Below, one piece after another: positions 8,788 through 17,997 of a DNA stretch of 20,000 bases. The DNA is from an uncultured virus (IMG/VR IMGVR_UViG_3300008448_000053). Lineage: Duplodnaviria; Heunggongvirae; Uroviricota; Caudoviricetes. Both the position numbers and the translations under genes were made by a program. A model generated the notes under the pieces. That model saw only the letters and a program-made list of their open reading frames with translations. It did not search any database and was not told the origin of the DNA. Within the stretch, counting starts at the first letter, position 1. Every line of letters starts with the position of its first letter. The stretch is taken from IMG/VR virus record IMGVR_UViG_3300008448_000053, positions 52,571 to 72,570 of that record. The stretch is one strand, 5' to 3'.

Positions 8788-8820
8788 AAAAATATTCATT
8801 ATATTTTAGTGAATATTTTT
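8788..8820 (+). terminator. AT-rich inverted repeat; possible terminator or operator
   Basis: aaaaatattcatta-tattt-tagtgaatattttt: 14-bp stem with one G.U pair, ending 2 nt before the ATG at 8823. Confidence 0.4.
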
Positions 8821-8822
8821 TT

Positions 8823-9596
8823 ATGCGTTTAGGTGTAAGTTATAACATATTTGATGGAGAAGAATTACTCGAAGGTTCTATTAAGCAAATAAGATCAGAA
8901 GTCGATTATATTTCAGTTGTTTATCAGACAATATCTAATTTTGGAAATAAATGTAATGAAGAATTGATACCATTACTCAATAGATTAAAATCGGAAGGTT
9001 TAGTTGATGAGTTATACGAATACAAACCAAAGATCGAGAATGGTGGACATTACAACGAAATTGTAAAAAGAAATATTGGTCTTTATATTTCCCAAGGAAA
9101 TAGATGTACTCACCATATGAGTATGGATTCCGATGAATTTTATTTATTGGAACAATTCAAATATCTAAAAAATAAACTAATAGATGGGGACTATGATTCA
9201 TCATATTGTCAGATGAAGACTTATTTTAAAGAACCCACATATGAAATTTTTCCATATAACACATATTATGTTTCTTTGATTTTTAAAATATTAAATAATT
9301 CTACATATAAGTTTGGAAACATATCACCTGTATTGGTGGACCCAACTCGTAGAATGGATTCAAATAAACCATTAATATTAACTAGAGATGAAATGGAGAT
9401 GCATCACATGAGTTATGTTAGAAAAAATATAAAAACAAAATTAATAAATAGTTCTTCTAAGGATGCTTTTAAAAACATTGATGAATTTTTAAAAATGTAC
9501 GACGAATATAAATTAGGTGACATTTTTTTTACCACAACACCGCCCGGTAATGAAAGAACAAAATTAGTTGATAATATTTTTAATATTAATTTATAA
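8823..9596 (+). CDS. GT-A fold (GT2-like) glycosyltransferase
   Basis: N-terminal LGVSYNIFDGEELL, KRNIGL, MDSDEF (DxD motif), MHHMSYVR. Confidence 0.75.
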   Translation: MRLGVSYNIFDGEELLEGSIKQIRSEVDYISVVYQTISNFGNKCNEELIPLLNRLKSEGLVDELYEYKPKIENGGHYNEIVKRNIGLYISQGNRCTHHMSMDSDEFYLLEQFKYLKNKLIDGDYDSSYCQMKTYFKEPTYEIFPYNTYYVSLIFKILNNSTYKFGNISPVLVDPTRRMDSNKPLILTRDEMEMHHMSYVRKNIKTKLINSSSKDAFKNIDEFLKMYDEYKLGDIFFTTTPPGNERTKLVDNIFNINL

Positions 9597-10306
9597 TGAA
9601 AATTTGTTTATATACGGCGATATTTGGTGATTACGAAACACTAAAACCACCAGAAAAAATAGATGGATTAGATTATATATGTTTCACCGATAATCCCGAT
9701 TTAAAATCGGATGATTGGAAGATAATATATATCGAAAAAGATAATAATGTTCCACCGGCTGTTTCATATAAAAAAATAAAATGTCTTTCACACAATTACT
9801 TACCAGATTACGATTACACTATTTGGTTAGATGCTAATTTTGTTATAAAAGATAAAGACTACGTTAATTTTTTATTTAAAAATTTTAAATCAGATAAAAT
9901 TTTATTATATAAACATTTTTGTTTGGCTGGGTTCCCGAGGAATTGTATATACCAAGAAGGTATATATAGTTTGACAATACCAAAATATTCAAAAGAAAAA
10001 ATATTACCTCAATTAAATGAATATAAGAATTTACATAACTATCCAGAAAATAATGGACTATACCAAAGTGGATTTCTTTTAAGAAACAACAGATATTTAG
10101 ATGTTATTGAATTTAATAAATTATGGTTTAAAGAAATAATGAAATTTGGAATGATTTATCCACAATGTCAGGTATCTCTACCATTTACATTATGGAAACT
10201 AAACATTAGTTTTAACATAATTCCTGATGAGAATATATGGAACACTCAAAGATATGAAATAACAGTTCATGGTAATAATGAAAAATTTAAACCCGCATAC
10301 GTATGA
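9596..10306 (+). CDS. DUF616 (TOD1/MUCI70-like) glycosyltransferase
   Basis: CLYTAIFGDYE, YICFTDN, YTIWLDAN, RNCIYQE, GFLLR, QVSLPFTLW. Confidence 0.8.
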   Translation: MKICLYTAIFGDYETLKPPEKIDGLDYICFTDNPDLKSDDWKIIYIEKDNNVPPAVSYKKIKCLSHNYLPDYDYTIWLDANFVIKDKDYVNFLFKNFKSDKILLYKHFCLAGFPRNCIYQEGIYSLTIPKYSKEKILPQLNEYKNLHNYPENNGLYQSGFLLRNNRYLDVIEFNKLWFKEIMKFGMIYPQCQVSLPFTLWKLNISFNIIPDENIWNTQRYEITVHGNNEKFKPAYV

Positions 10307-10968
10307 AATTATTAATACAATTTCCAACTAGAAACAGACCCATTAAATTTTTAAATGTTTTAAAAATTTATAATGATTTATTAAGTGATAATGAAAATTA
10401 TTTTATTAATGTCAGTTGTGATGTTGATGATCAGTTAATGAATAATAATGATATTAAAAACGAGATAAGTAAACTTAAAAATACAAGATTAGTATTTAAT
10501 CAAAATAAAAGTAAAATAGAAGCAATAAATAATGGTTTTAGTGATATAGAGTATGATATTATTTTATTGGCTTCTGATGATATGGTGCCAGAAATAAAAA
10601 ATTATGATGAAATAATAAGAGATGAAATGAAAAAAAACTTCGTTGATACCGACGGTATTTTATGGTTTAATGATGGAAATCATGGAGATAATTTGAATAC
10701 GTTGTGTATTTTAGGTAAAAAATATTATGATAGATTTAATTACATATACAATCCAGAATATAAATCTTTATGGTCTGATAATGAATTTACAATTGTCGGT
10801 AATATGTTAAAAAAACAAGTTTATAATAGTAAAGTTATCATAAGACATAAACATCACAGTGTTGATAAATCCAATGAATTTGATTCTTTATATCAGAGAA
10901 ACGAAACACACTACGGTGATGATTTTTTAACATTTAAAAGAAGACAAGAAAAAAATTTTTATTTATGA
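10303..10968 (+). CDS. GT-A fold (GT2-like) glycosyltransferase
   Basis: FPTRNRP, SKIEAIN, LASDDM, YKSLWSDNE, IRHKH. Confidence 0.75.
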   Translation: MKLLIQFPTRNRPIKFLNVLKIYNDLLSDNENYFINVSCDVDDQLMNNNDIKNEISKLKNTRLVFNQNKSKIEAINNGFSDIEYDIILLASDDMVPEIKNYDEIIRDEMKKNFVDTDGILWFNDGNHGDNLNTLCILGKKYYDRFNYIYNPEYKSLWSDNEFTIVGNMLKKQVYNSKVIIRHKHHSVDKSNEFDSLYQRNETHYGDDFLTFKRRQEKNFYL

Positions 10969-11834
10969 TAAACATTTGTACAGTTTCAGATATAAATTAT
11001 TTAATAAAGGGTTTAACATTATATGAATCCCTATTGAAATATTCAAAAAATTTTAAACTACATTATTTATGTATTGATGATCAAAGCTATGAAATTGCAA
11101 AAAAACATGAATCAGAAACATTAATTATTTATAATGTCTCAGAACTTTTATCAAACGATGAGATATTACTAAAATTAAAAAATAGTAATTACAGATATTT
11201 CTGTTGGTCTTTAGCTTCATATTTTTCAAATTTTTTAATTAATAAAAATATTGGCGACATAATGTACATTGATAGTGATATTTTATTACACGATGACGTT
11301 GATGTTATTTTAAATTCAATTGGAAATAAAGAAATTGGTATTTTCAGACATAGACAATTTCCATTAAATTATAGTAGAGATGAAGGTTTTTATAATGTCG
11401 GGATTGTTTTTTTTAAAAATGGAACAATAGGTAAGAAAATACTAAACTGGTGGTCAGATGCGGTTTTAAATCAAAAATATCCACATTTAGCAACCTGTGG
11501 AGATCAAAAATATTTAGATGAGTTTCCAAATATGTGTCCGAGTGATTTAATATTTATAGATGGTGAAATTGGACACGGAGCACCTTGGCAATGGCAATTA
11601 TATGATTATTCAGATTATGAATCTAATCATAATATTATTTGGGAAGGAAGAAAACAAAAACTTATTTTTACACATTTTTCACAATTTGATTTCCGTGAAA
11701 ATGGGTATATACCATCAACACAACATCATATCTATACACCAATTGAAATGTATACAAACGTTAAGTCTTTAAAATTGATATATGATGATTATTACAATAA
11801 ATTAAAAGAAACCAAAATTAAATATTACAATTAA
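10965..11834 (+). CDS. GT8-like glycosyltransferase
   Basis: ICTVSDINYL..GL.LYESL, YIDSD (DxD motif), YNVG, GDQKYLD, FTHFS. Confidence 0.8.
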   Translation: MINICTVSDINYLIKGLTLYESLLKYSKNFKLHYLCIDDQSYEIAKKHESETLIIYNVSELLSNDEILLKLKNSNYRYFCWSLASYFSNFLINKNIGDIMYIDSDILLHDDVDVILNSIGNKEIGIFRHRQFPLNYSRDEGFYNVGIVFFKNGTIGKKILNWWSDAVLNQKYPHLATCGDQKYLDEFPNMCPSDLIFIDGEIGHGAPWQWQLYDYSDYESNHNIIWEGRKQKLIFTHFSQFDFRENGYIPSTQHHIYTPIEMYTNVKSLKLIYDDYYNKLKETKIKYYN

Positions 11835-11846
11835 AAAACAAAACTA

Positions 11847-12737
11847 ATGAAGATAGCATTTGGTATGATAATTTTTGAGGGTGATTATGTTTTAAAAGAA
11901 TGTTTAGAACAGGTTTATCCATTTGCAAGTCAAATTTTAATTGCGGAAGGGCCAGTTTCTTATTGGCAAAGGCAAGGTAGGACAACCTCTACTGACGAAA
12001 CAAATAAAATATTAAATGAATTTCCAGATCCCGAGAATAAAATAAAAATTGTACATGGTCAGTTTACTGAAAAAGATGATCAATGTAGGGCGTACATGGA
12101 ACATATTAATGATGATATTGATTATATATGGAATTTAGATTCAGATGAGGTTTATAAAACTGAAGATTTGGTTAAAATGATCGAATTTTTAAAAGAAGAA
12201 CAACCGACAAGTGTCGGCATTAGAAGTTGTTCTTTTTATGGTGGGTTTAATCATTATTTAACTGGTTTTGAATTAAACAGAGATAACTTTTTAAGAGTGT
12301 TTAAATATACAAAGGGGTCAACATGGTTAACACATAGACCACCCACAATTCAATATCCGGTAACATCAAATATCGTAAGAAAACATATCGATAGTGATCA
12401 ATTATTTGAAAAATTGGGGGTACAGATGTATCATTATTCATATGTTTTTCCTGACCAAGTTTATAAGAAAGTAAATTATTATAAAGATAGTGTTAGTCGA
12501 AATAATTGTATTGATAATTATTTTAATGATGTTTATCTACCTTGGGTTACTGGTGATATCGATAAAAAAAATTATATTGAAGAAATGTGGAATGGTGTAC
12601 ACGAATTTAAACCACACGTTCGCGGTGAATGTAAAACAAGTGAATTTATTGGCGAACATCCAGAATCAATAAAAAATAATATGGATAATTTACTTATTAA
12701 ATTTAAAAATCAAATTAAAAAATATGGCATTAATTGA
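11847..12737 (+). CDS. GT-A fold (GT2-like) glycosyltransferase
   Basis: IAFGMII, IAEG, STDET, WNLDSDEVY, MYHYSYV. Confidence 0.78.
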   Translation: MKIAFGMIIFEGDYVLKECLEQVYPFASQILIAEGPVSYWQRQGRTTSTDETNKILNEFPDPENKIKIVHGQFTEKDDQCRAYMEHINDDIDYIWNLDSDEVYKTEDLVKMIEFLKEEQPTSVGIRSCSFYGGFNHYLTGFELNRDNFLRVFKYTKGSTWLTHRPPTIQYPVTSNIVRKHIDSDQLFEKLGVQMYHYSYVFPDQVYKKVNYYKDSVSRNNCIDNYFNDVYLPWVTGDIDKKNYIEEMWNGVHEFKPHVRGECKTSEFIGEHPESIKNNMDNLLIKFKNQIKKYGIN

Positions 12738-13320
12738 TTCTTGGAAAAATAAAAACGTTTTTGAAAAACAATTAGAATTAAATATAAAACAACTATCAAA
12801 TAACTACCCACAACATTGGATGGATTTTATTAAATTTATCATCCAAGAAAAACCCACATCCATTTTAGATATTGGTTGTGGATGTGGTACTTACTATGAA
12901 TTATGTAATAGGGAGTTTAATAATATAAAATATACTGGAATAGATTATTCGTCTGATGCAATTGAATTGGCCAAAAATAAATGGAATTACGAAGAATTCT
13001 ATGTTAAAGATATAAATGAATTATCGTCAGATTATATAAATAATTTTGATATGATTCATATAGGTGCCTTATTGGATGTACTACCAAATGGTGATGATGT
13101 ATTAGAAAATATGTTAAAACTATCACCAAAAAAATTATTAATAGGTAGAATGGAAATAACCGATAAACCTAGCTATTACGAAACATATGATGCGTATGAT
13201 GAAATTACAACATATAGATATTTTCACAATAAAAATAATTTGATTTATTTATGTGAAAAATATGGTTATATAATTAATAATATTGATAATAATTATTTAT
13301 TTAAAGAAAAAAACAAATGA
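12724..13320 (+). CDS. Class I SAM-dependent methyltransferase
   Basis: ILDIGCGCG motif I; YTGIDYS...IELAK. Confidence 0.9.
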   Translation: MALIDSWKNKNVFEKQLELNIKQLSNNYPQHWMDFIKFIIQEKPTSILDIGCGCGTYYELCNREFNNIKYTGIDYSSDAIELAKNKWNYEEFYVKDINELSSDYINNFDMIHIGALLDVLPNGDDVLENMLKLSPKKLLIGRMEITDKPSYYETYDAYDEITTYRYFHNKNNLIYLCEKYGYIINNIDNNYLFKEKNK

Positions 13321-14069
13321 CTGAATTTTTAAGCAAATGGGATAGAGTAGATATGTTAAAACATTTAGATGAATTTAAGACATTATACGAATCAAGACCC
13401 ATAAAAGACAATAATGGTGGTATGAAATCTGGACACATGTTTTCGGCTTGGTATGTTGTTAAAAAACTTAAACCTAAATATCTAATTGAGAGTGGTGTAT
13501 GGAAAGGACTTGGCACTTGGTTTTTTGAACAAGCTAGTCCAGATACAAAAATAATATCTATTGACCCTTCACCACATTTTAGAGTTTATACGAGTCCTAA
13601 AGTCACATATCAAACATTAGATTTTTTAAAAACTGATTGGGATCACATACCAAAAGAAGATACTATGATTTTTTTTGATGATCATCAAAATTTTTTAGAG
13701 AGACTAAAACATGCCAAATCATTGGGTTTTAAGGTTTTTATGACTGAAGATAATTATCCTTATCAGTTAGGTGACTGTTATACACCAAAAAAAATATTAT
13801 CCAACACCAGATATGTTATTGACTTGGACGGAATTAAAACTTGGTATGATAAGAACGATTCAGATTTAGATTATTTTAAAGAAAATGTTTCGGTTTATCA
13901 AGAAATGCCACCATTATTTAAATCAGAGATAACAAGATGGGGTGATAATTGGGATGAAAATTATCCAACACCAGAACCTTTATTAACAATAAACGATAAC
14001 GAAAAGTATCCCACTTTTTTTGAAGAAAAAAAAGATTACACTTGGATATGTTATATCGAACTAAAATAA
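13317..14069 (+). CDS. Putative SAM-dependent (O-)methyltransferase-like protein
   Basis: PKYLIESGVWKGLGT, IISIDP, FFDDHQ, EDNY; resembles the Methyltransf_24/TylF-type motif layout. Confidence 0.65.
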   Translation: MTEFLSKWDRVDMLKHLDEFKTLYESRPIKDNNGGMKSGHMFSAWYVVKKLKPKYLIESGVWKGLGTWFFEQASPDTKIISIDPSPHFRVYTSPKVTYQTLDFLKTDWDHIPKEDTMIFFDDHQNFLERLKHAKSLGFKVFMTEDNYPYQLGDCYTPKKILSNTRYVIDLDGIKTWYDKNDSDLDYFKENVSVYQEMPPLFKSEITRWGDNWDENYPTPEPLLTINDNEKYPTFFEEKKDYTWICYIELK

Positions 14070-14085
14070 TATAATACAATATAAT

Positions 14086-14559
14086 ATGTTTACAACAACA
14101 AATGAATCAGTCTTTTTTTTAGCCGAAATAGATAAAACAAAAAAAGTACTAGAATATGGCTCTGGTCAATCGACATTTGAAATTGCCGATAAGTGTTTAA
14201 ATATAATTTCGATAGAACATCAAGAAGATTGGTATAATAAATTACAAGATGGATTATTATCTAATTGCGAGATAATATTAAAAAAACCTGACTTACCATA
14301 TGTAGAGGGTGGACATTGTGGTACATACGAAGAATTTAAATCTTATATTGAGGCACCTTTAGATAAAGGACCTTTTGATGTTATCTTAATTGATGGTAGA
14401 GCAAGGGTTTCTTGTGCTTCAGTTGTGAAATTAATGTCACACGATAACACAATTATTTTCATTCATGATTTTAATAGACCCGAATATCAAGATGCTTTAA
14501 ATTTTTTAGAATTAGTTGAACAAGTTGGTACAATGGCAAAATTTAAATTAAAAAAATAA
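14086..14559 (+). CDS. Class I SAM-dependent methyltransferase (polysaccharide O-methyltransferase-like)
   Basis: VLEYGSGQST, ISIEHQEDW, FDVILIDGRAR, IFIHDF. Confidence 0.8.
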   Translation: MFTTTNESVFFLAEIDKTKKVLEYGSGQSTFEIADKCLNIISIEHQEDWYNKLQDGLLSNCEIILKKPDLPYVEGGHCGTYEEFKSYIEAPLDKGPFDVILIDGRARVSCASVVKLMSHDNTIIFIHDFNRPEYQDALNFLELVEQVGTMAKFKLKK

Positions 14560-14564
14560 AAAAT

Positions 14565-15158
14565 ATGGAATACACTTACGATTGGAATAATGAATTCAAA
14601 ATTAATACTAACGGTGTTAAAAATTTAACATTGTGTTTAGAAATCGGTTGTTTCGAAGGACTAACATCGAATTATATAATTGATAATATATTAAATGAAA
14701 ATGGTAAATTAATATGTGTCGATCCACTGACCGATGTTTATTTAAACACAGAATTAAAGGAAAGTGATGTTCATAATAACAATACCATTTATAAATATTT
14801 TAATAATCAGTATGATAGGTTTATAAATAATACAAATCATCACATTAAAAATAATAAATTAGAATTATATAGAAATATTAGTTCAGAAGTTTTTCCCCAA
14901 TTGTTAGAAAAATATGAATCACAATTTGATTTAATTTATATTGATGGTGATCACAGAGCATCGGCAGTCTATATTGATTCAATTAATTCATTTAAATTAT
15001 GTAAAAAAGGGGGTGTCATTATATTTGATGACTACTCTTGGGGAAAAATGTACCACGAAGAAGCAACATCTTTTGGTATTGACAAATTTTTGAACGAATA
15101 TGAAAATCAGTATGAATTAATTAAAAAAGAATATCAAGTAGTAATTAGAAAAAAATGA
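14565..15158 (+). CDS. Class I SAM-dependent methyltransferase (Methyltransf_24-like)
   Basis: LEIGCFEG, CVDP, FDLIYIDGDH, GGVIIFDDY. Confidence 0.88.
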   Translation: MEYTYDWNNEFKINTNGVKNLTLCLEIGCFEGLTSNYIIDNILNENGKLICVDPLTDVYLNTELKESDVHNNNTIYKYFNNQYDRFINNTNHHIKNNKLELYRNISSEVFPQLLEKYESQFDLIYIDGDHRASAVYIDSINSFKLCKKGGVIIFDDYSWGKMYHEEATSFGIDKFLNEYENQYELIKKEYQVVIRKK

Positions 15159-16078
15159 TACAATTATTTAACATAAATAACCATATAATCAATACTGGTG
15201 AATATTCTAATCTTTTACATGATAAGATAGTAAATGAATTTGAAGAAAAAATTTCAGAATATGTTGGTGCAAAATATGCTGTTAGTTTTAATAGTGCAAC
15301 TAGTGCGATATTTTTATTATTATCAAAATATAAAAATTTAACTATCACGGTACCTAGTATGATACCACCAGTTGTACTTAACGCAATAATAACATCAGGA
15401 AATAAACATAATTTTTCCGATAATACAGATTGGGTTGGTGATTCATATTTATTACACGATTTTGGTGATTATAAAGTTATTGATTCGGCACAAAAACTAG
15501 AAAAGAACCAATTTAAAAATGAATGTAATCCAAATGATTTAATGGTATTCAGTTTTTACCCCACAAAACCAATCGGTTCTTGTGACGGGGGTATTATTGT
15601 TTCAAATGATTTTGAAAAAATCATAGAATTAAAAGAATTGGCATTAAATGGTATGTCGTATGCTGAAAATAATTGGGATCGAAAAATTAAATTTCCTGGT
15701 TATAAAATGTATATGAATAGTATACAGTGTGATATTGCTCTTAGAAATTTTAAAACATATAATACAAAGTTAAAAAGATTAGGCGAGATTAGAGAAACAT
15801 ACAATAAGGAATTGAATTATTTAAATACTAGTAATCATTTATATAGAATTGAAGTTGAAAATAGATCTAATTTTATTGATTATATGTATAAAAATAATAT
15901 TTTATGTGGTATACATTATGATGCGGCACACATGAACCCCGTATATTCAATTGATAGTATAAAATGTCCAATGTCTGAATTAAAATCTAAAAAAACCGTG
16001 TCAATACCTTTTAATGAATTATTGACTAATTCAGAAGTTTTATATATTATTAATATAATTAAAAGTTATAATGCGTAA
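15155..16078 (+). CDS. DegT/DnrJ/EryC1/StrS family PLP-dependent sugar aminotransferase (short form)
   Basis: FEEKISEYVGAKYAVSFNSATSA, DSAQ, FSFYPTKPIGSCDGG (PLP lysine), GYKMYM, GIHY. Confidence 0.9.
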   Translation: MIQLFNINNHIINTGEYSNLLHDKIVNEFEEKISEYVGAKYAVSFNSATSAIFLLLSKYKNLTITVPSMIPPVVLNAIITSGNKHNFSDNTDWVGDSYLLHDFGDYKVIDSAQKLEKNQFKNECNPNDLMVFSFYPTKPIGSCDGGIIVSNDFEKIIELKELALNGMSYAENNWDRKIKFPGYKMYMNSIQCDIALRNFKTYNTKLKRLGEIRETYNKELNYLNTSNHLYRIEVENRSNFIDYMYKNNILCGIHYDAAHMNPVYSIDSIKCPMSELKSKKTVSIPFNELLTNSEVLYIINIIKSYNA

Positions 16079-16469
16079 AATTGAGAATATTAATGTGTTT
16101 AATGATGAAAGAGGATTGTTAATACCAATTGAATTTCACAATCTCCCCTTTATTCCCAAGAGAGTCTTTTTAGTAAACAATGTACCAATTAATGAGATTA
16201 GAGGTAATCATGCACATCATGAAACGAAACAATTAATAATTTGTGTGAATGGTTCTGTTGATGTTATATTACATGATGGTGAATCGGAAAAAACATATAG
16301 ACTTGAAATTGGTCAACAAATATTAGTACCTGAACTAATTTGGGACTCACAAAAATTTTTGACAGAAAATAGTGAAATATTAGTTGTTTGTTCAACAAAC
16401 TATGATATAAATGACTATATTTTAGACTTTAATAAATTTTTAGATATAACAATTAGTAAAGATATTTAG
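16071..16469 (+). CDS. FdtA/QdtA (WxcM-like) cupin, dTDP-6-deoxyhexose 3,4-ketoisomerase
   Basis: DERGLL, PFIPKRVF, RGNHAH...Q..ICVNGS, LHDG, LVVCS..YD..DYI. Confidence 0.9.
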   Translation: MRKIENINVFNDERGLLIPIEFHNLPFIPKRVFLVNNVPINEIRGNHAHHETKQLIICVNGSVDVILHDGESEKTYRLEIGQQILVPELIWDSQKFLTENSEILVVCSTNYDINDYILDFNKFLDITISKDI

Positions 16470-17983
16470 ATTCTAACAAACCATTTAGATAATTTCTCAA
16501 AATTACTTTGAACAAATGGTGCTAGATTATTTATGTAATCCTGTTGTAATTTTTCCATGTTTTTTGGATCTTCATTTCTGGATTGACTCTCAAAATGATA
16601 GGCAACTAAGTTACCATCATAATAATTTTCAAAATTATTAATTAAACATTTGTAATTCAATTCAACATCCTCGAAACAAGAAATATAATTTTCATTAAAA
16701 TAACCACACTTTTCAAATACATTTTTTCTTATCATTAAAAGAGCACCTGTGTTACCACATACTTTCATTGGGTTGATTTGTTTACTATAATAACTTCTTA
16801 AACCCATGTGTGTAACACCAAATACATTTTCGCTATTTAAAACACTGACAATTCCTTCATGTTGAATTGTGTTATCCCCGTAATGTAATCTAGCCCCAAC
16901 AGTCCCCGTTTTAGGATTTCTTTTAAAGACATCCATCATTCCATCAATTACATTATTTAAAAGAACAATATCGTTATTACAGAATAGTATAAATTTAAAT
17001 TCATCACTAACATGATTTTTTACAACATCATTATTTATTTTTGCAAAGTTGTAATAATCATATTCAATTAAATTTATTTTAATACTCTCTTCGTTATTTT
17101 TAATATAATCTTTTATTTTATTTTTTTCATCTTCATCTGATCCCGTGTCTGCAATAAAAATTTCGTAGTTTGACTGAGTACAATTTTTAATAAATGAATT
17201 TAAACAATTGAAAAGTAAATCAACTTTATTTTTAGTTGGGATAATAACCGCAACTTTACCGAAACTTTTAGATATTTTAATGTCTAATTTAGGAACATAA
17301 ACTTTTTCTGGCTTCAAATCTATCGGTAATTTTGTTTTATATTTTTCAACAAACTTATCTTTTGATAAATAAAATTCTTCATTGGGTACACCAACAGATT
17401 GGTGTGTTATTTCAAATGAAGACGTAACACCAATTTTAACTCCATCTAAATAATTTGGCACACAAAATCCATGATCATAAAAGTGAAATTTCCCAATTGA
17501 TTCGTCAAATTGATGTTTAATTTTTGTTTTATCAAATGAAATAAATAAACCATCAATTGTTACAACGGGAATTAAATAGGGTACTTTTGCGGAATATTTA
17601 CTTAACCATTTTGTAAAGTCTTTCGGATGATGATATACCTGACCGACCATTGTTTCATTCATTCTTTCCCAATAGATTCCTGATTCGGGAAAATAACAAG
17701 AACCGGCTTTACCAATGATACCATATTCAGGATTATTGACAAAGTCCAGCATCAATCTCCTACCCCAATTATTTTCTAATTTTATGTCATTGTGACAACA
17801 AACAACAATATCATGTATTGATTCGGATATTCCTTTATTATAAATTTCAGATAATCCAAATTCATTATCATTTTTATACTCAAGAATTTGGTAATCTTTT
17901 ACACCAATTGTATTTTCAATATGACTTTTAAAATTTTTATTGTACTCTTGGTCTTTATGTGTGGAATAAATTACAGTAATCAT
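16466..17983 (-). CDS. Two-domain glycosyltransferase (Glyco_tranf_2_5-like + GT2)
   Basis: N-domain: IYNKG, CCHNDI, IDGLF, FHFYD. C-domain: VIIPTKN, IADTGS, NFAKINN, FCNNDI, TGALLMIR, FEDVEL, YHFESQSR. Confidence 0.9.
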   Translation of the reverse strand: MITVIYSTHKDQEYNKNFKSHIENTIGVKDYQILEYKNDNEFGLSEIYNKGISESIHDIVVCCHNDIKLENNWGRRLMLDFVNNPEYGIIGKAGSCYFPESGIYWERMNETMVGQVYHHPKDFTKWLSKYSAKVPYLIPVVTIDGLFISFDKTKIKHQFDESIGKFHFYDHGFCVPNYLDGVKIGVTSSFEITHQSVGVPNEEFYLSKDKFVEKYKTKLPIDLKPEKVYVPKLDIKISKSFGKVAVIIPTKNKVDLLFNCLNSFIKNCTQSNYEIFIADTGSDEDEKNKIKDYIKNNEESIKINLIEYDYYNFAKINNDVVKNHVSDEFKFILFCNNDIVLLNNVIDGMMDVFKRNPKTGTVGARLHYGDNTIQHEGIVSVLNSENVFGVTHMGLRSYYSKQINPMKVCGNTGALLMIRKNVFEKCGYFNENYISCFEDVELNYKCLINNFENYYDGNLVAYHFESQSRNEDPKNMEKLQQDYINNLAPFVQSNFEKLSKWFVRI

Positions 17984-17997
17984 TTAATGTTTTTTGA

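Noticed and set aside
8823..17983. Ordinary bacterial O-antigen or capsule locus
   Set aside because: No flippase, polymerase, chain-length regulator, exporter or initiating transferase, and the flanks are phage-like. Disfavoured, but not excluded without the rest of the contig.
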